Shown: in pieces, positions 33,685 through 37,093 of the stretch
Position numbering within the stretch: the first letter of the stretch is position 1
Layout of the letters: every line of letters begins with the position of its first letter
Assembly (NCBI GenBank): GCA_002269645.1
Contig: NIVC01004720.1
Location: 1 to 37,093 of the forward strand
Direction of reading: 5' to 3'
DNA: 37,093 nt
Source of the DNA: Macrostomum lignano
Taxonomy: Eukaryota
Program-made: the position numbers and the translations under genes
The notes under the pieces: model-generated
What the model saw: the letters and a program-made list of their open reading frames with translations, nothing else
What the model was told of the DNA's origin: nothing
The model's database searches: none

Positions 33685-36600
33685 TAAATCAATTAGAGTC
33701 CTGGCCCCCCACTCCTGTCAGATGGTCAGCCCCATTGTAGCTTGATCGTGTGGCGAGAAGTCTAGGTCCTATAGCTAAGAGAGGGACAGCGAGAGACGAG
33801 CAGGGAGAATTTTGAAGGTAGAAATTAGTTAATCCGCAGATTAACTAACCCGCTGCCACCAGCCCGTACGTCCTGGCTCACCACACCGCGGGACTCTCGA
33901 AATCGGGTTTCCGACAGAAGGGGCTTTGCACTTACCTGCCAACTAGTGTCTTTTTGCTGTCAATCTCGAAGTCATAGCCGATGGTAAGGGACACTGGTGG
34001 GAGTTGATCGCATTGGCCATGCAGGTACAGAGGGGACTTGTGCAGGGGATTCTTGCAGTGGCGAGTCTATGGGGTAGCTACATGTACTATTACATTGCTA
34101 AATACGAGGAATTGTACTTTTGGCCTTCAACGCGCCAACTAGCCTCTCATAGCGCTGATGATAGACTAACTCGAACTTCAGAGACCGCATTATTCATTAC
34201 CCGAGCCGCTTGGCTAACCTAGAGTGCACAAAGTACATCTCTGGAGCCGATTCTGCACTATTGGCAATTTTGCTCACTGATTTGATAGATTGATCGACTG
34301 AGAACTGCCTTGCCATTGGTCCACTGTGACCGCGGCGCCTACTTAGCTTAGCTATTCATCTGAGCCATCGGCGAACAAAGAAATAAAACCGATAAAAATA
34401 ACTGTTAGATTCAACCTTCTCCTTAGATGCACTTCACACTTCAGATTGAATTGGAGTTTTAGACTTCTAGCAGTATTATTGAATGACTTCTGCCTCGATT
34501 ACAGCACTACTGAACAAAATGAGCAAAAGTGTGCGCCTAATCCAGCTACTGAAACAGGGGACAGATAAGGAATCACCCAATCAAGCAAGTCTAGGCAGCC
34601 TCTCACCCAACCAATCAGAAACTCAACAGCCGGAGACCAGGTAATCCACGGCCTGACCGAATCGGCTTAGTGCTTCGCAGCTGTAGGCCCGGGATGATGC
34701 TGATGTCACAATCTTCGCTGATAGCTAGCAGGTGTTGCTCTTCGCTTTGATGTTCACTGCTGATGACCGGGGGGATTCGTCCTTGATGATGATGGGGGGA
34801 AGTCGCAATCCGAGGATCAAGAAACGACGGTCAATTCCTGGCCGGTGGAGCCAAGGGTAGCACCTTGTCGCAAGAAGGTTTGCAGGGAGTAGCACCCAGG
34901 AATGCCGTCCGAGCGGGCCAAAAACACCGGTTTAAATAGCCGCCAACTGGACCGCAGTTTTTTATAATGGGACACGTCGATTCTGATTGGCTGAGTCGAT
35001 TTGTTAAAATGAGCGTCGAATTTTCTGATTCGCTAAGCTTGTTGCTACCCAGAACCACGTGACCGGGAGATCCTATCAGTTCCCTCGGGGTCGTAAAAAC
35101 ATGACAGGTGCGGCCATAAATCAATCAAAATCGCAACAAAATGATTTATGACTTTTCGCGTAGGATTGACAGAAATTAATGAAAAAAATTACATTAGAAA
35201 GCTCATTATTAAGTATAGAAGGTGAAGATAATGAAGAGAAATCGCTAATCGCTAATCCCAAAGTACTTTAGGGGTAAAACGCATAGCTGTCAAAGCTGTA
35301 ACACGCTTGAGTGAACACGAACAATTATAGGCTCTGACCTCTTGTCTCCCTAAAATCAAGCATCCCTAGACTGCATGCAAGCATCCCCCAGATAGCAAGA
35401 ATACCCCCAAAAAGCAAGCATCCCTGTATACAAAGAATCCTTATAGATAGTCGTCTTTGTTAAAATTTTCTCGCGCCACATCTTGGAGTGTGCACTCGAA
35501 TTGAGAACAAGAAAATTTGTTTTGCGTAAAACTATGTGCATGAAATTCTTAAATACTTTGAAAAATCATTTGATTAACGGTTTTTTGTTTTGTGTTTCAT
35601 CAATAAGATGTATAACGTACATTTCTTTCTAATGCAGTACAAATTTTGTTTAATGATTTGTATTTTTAAACTTTGAAGTATGCAATTTTTTTACGCAGCG
35701 CGGGCAATCGAACGAGCCCTCCCGCGAAATATATGAAAGTTCAAAAGAAGAGCCAGTCTAACAGGTTTGGACTAGACTAGAAAGGAAAGGAAATAGGAAG
35801 GATATAATTTTAACCATTGGCGTTAAGTAAACCCTAAATGCAAGTCAAAGTGCCGCACGCGCTGAACTTAATATATAGACAACTAGCGAACTAGGCAATG
35901 CCAATGGCCATAATCTAATCTAATAATTTCGTTACTTTTCTTTAATCTTTATTATAAGGTTAGGCCATGGCATAGGCCACGGTAGGTGGAGCATCAAAAC
36001 TCAGATTTAAGAGTTTTAAATATTTACTAGAAAATGGGCCTATCATTTTCACATTTGGATTGATTTTGAAATTAGTTTAGTTAGGCCTAGGCTGGCAATG
36101 GCTAGAGTTATGGCCTAAAAACCCAGTTTCTAATGGCTATGGATCTGGCAGTGGTATTCCAGTAGTGCAATTTATGGGTATAGTACAGCAGAAACATTTT
36201 ACTTTTTTAATGGGTGGTTGATATTGGGATTTGTTAGCTCTATTGGCTAAATAGTATAAGATAATTCATAATACTAATAGAGATTCTTTATAATAAAAAG
36301 CTTATATTCAATAGAAAATATATTTTTGAGCAAGCTGCACCAAAATAGTCAATTTGGTCCATTTCAATTGAAATAGTTATATACAAATATTGGCTAACTA
36401 GGCTTTCAAAATTAAAACAGCAGGAGAAACAATAAAGCCATGTGTTTATCTATGTATGTTTATGTTTATTTAAAATAAAGAATCATTGTATAACTTAAAA
36501 TTGAAAAGGTAATTATGAAGTATCACAGTTTATTAATCAAAGAGTATTGACTTTTACTTAGGCCCTATATTATTTACTTTAGATAGAATTTCTCATATAT

Positions 36601-37093
36601 CATAGTGTCTAACAATAGACTAACCAATTGCTTAGTCATCTTTACTTAATACTTTCAACTGCAATATTGCTTAGAGTTATGCAATGAAATATAGCAGAAC
36701 TTGATGCTCAACCACTAATAGGATAAATTAAGCTTAGCCACTTGTATAGTCATTAACTATTAGATTTTAATAGACTAAATCTAAATAGAATAATTATCAA
36801 TTGAAAAGTTTTACTACCAAAAAAATTATTGTTAACAATTTTTTACTTTGCTATGCAATGTTATTAGAGCAATGTAAACACAATTAAAAAATATTTGTAA
36901 ACTTTTTGTTCTAGGCACTTGGCAAAAAGGTAGTAGTTGATAGGTACATATCTAAGCTTATAAGTTGGGTAGGGAAGAATCTTCCAACCCAACATTAGCA
37001 GCTTCTTGAAACATCGATTGAGCCTTATTGCATTTTCATTATAGCCAAGACAACTTTTGCAACATTCTCAAGGCACTTTTTGGTCAAAGCATA

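Noticed and set aside
33590-35100. Possible LTR retroelement
   Set aside because: No paired direct repeats, no convincing PBS/PPT and no gag/pol-like ORF seen.

Overview
Animal (eukaryotic) genomic DNA with GC-rich exons and repeat-filled non-coding DNA. The style suggests a flatworm such as Macrostomum, but that is an inference only. Four genes are supported. (1) A 7-exon delta-type protocadherin on + (about 4880-14505; 7 cadherin repeats, TM helix, DSGRGGSE cytoplasmic motif). (2) A 2-exon TNFAIP8/TIPE gene on - (22011-24662). (3) An intronless KChIP-type EF-hand gene on + (28613-29241). (4) An intronless, probably MATH/TRAF-like ORF on - (30109-30582). The protocadherin and KChIP reading frames are each broken by what looks like one missing C in a C-run. 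About 16 different tandem-repeat arrays (roughly 10 kb by eye) occupy the first 26 kb. Several fill introns, three share a sense-strand ATCCCACAC core, one is a row of 12 splice-donor motifs and one is a ladder of 14 cryptic acceptors. After 26 kb the arrays stop and transposon debris appears: a MITE with 23-bp TIRs, a second probable MITE, a decayed non-LTR RT fragment and a compact hammerhead-like structured element. All analysis was by eye and array boundaries are approximate.
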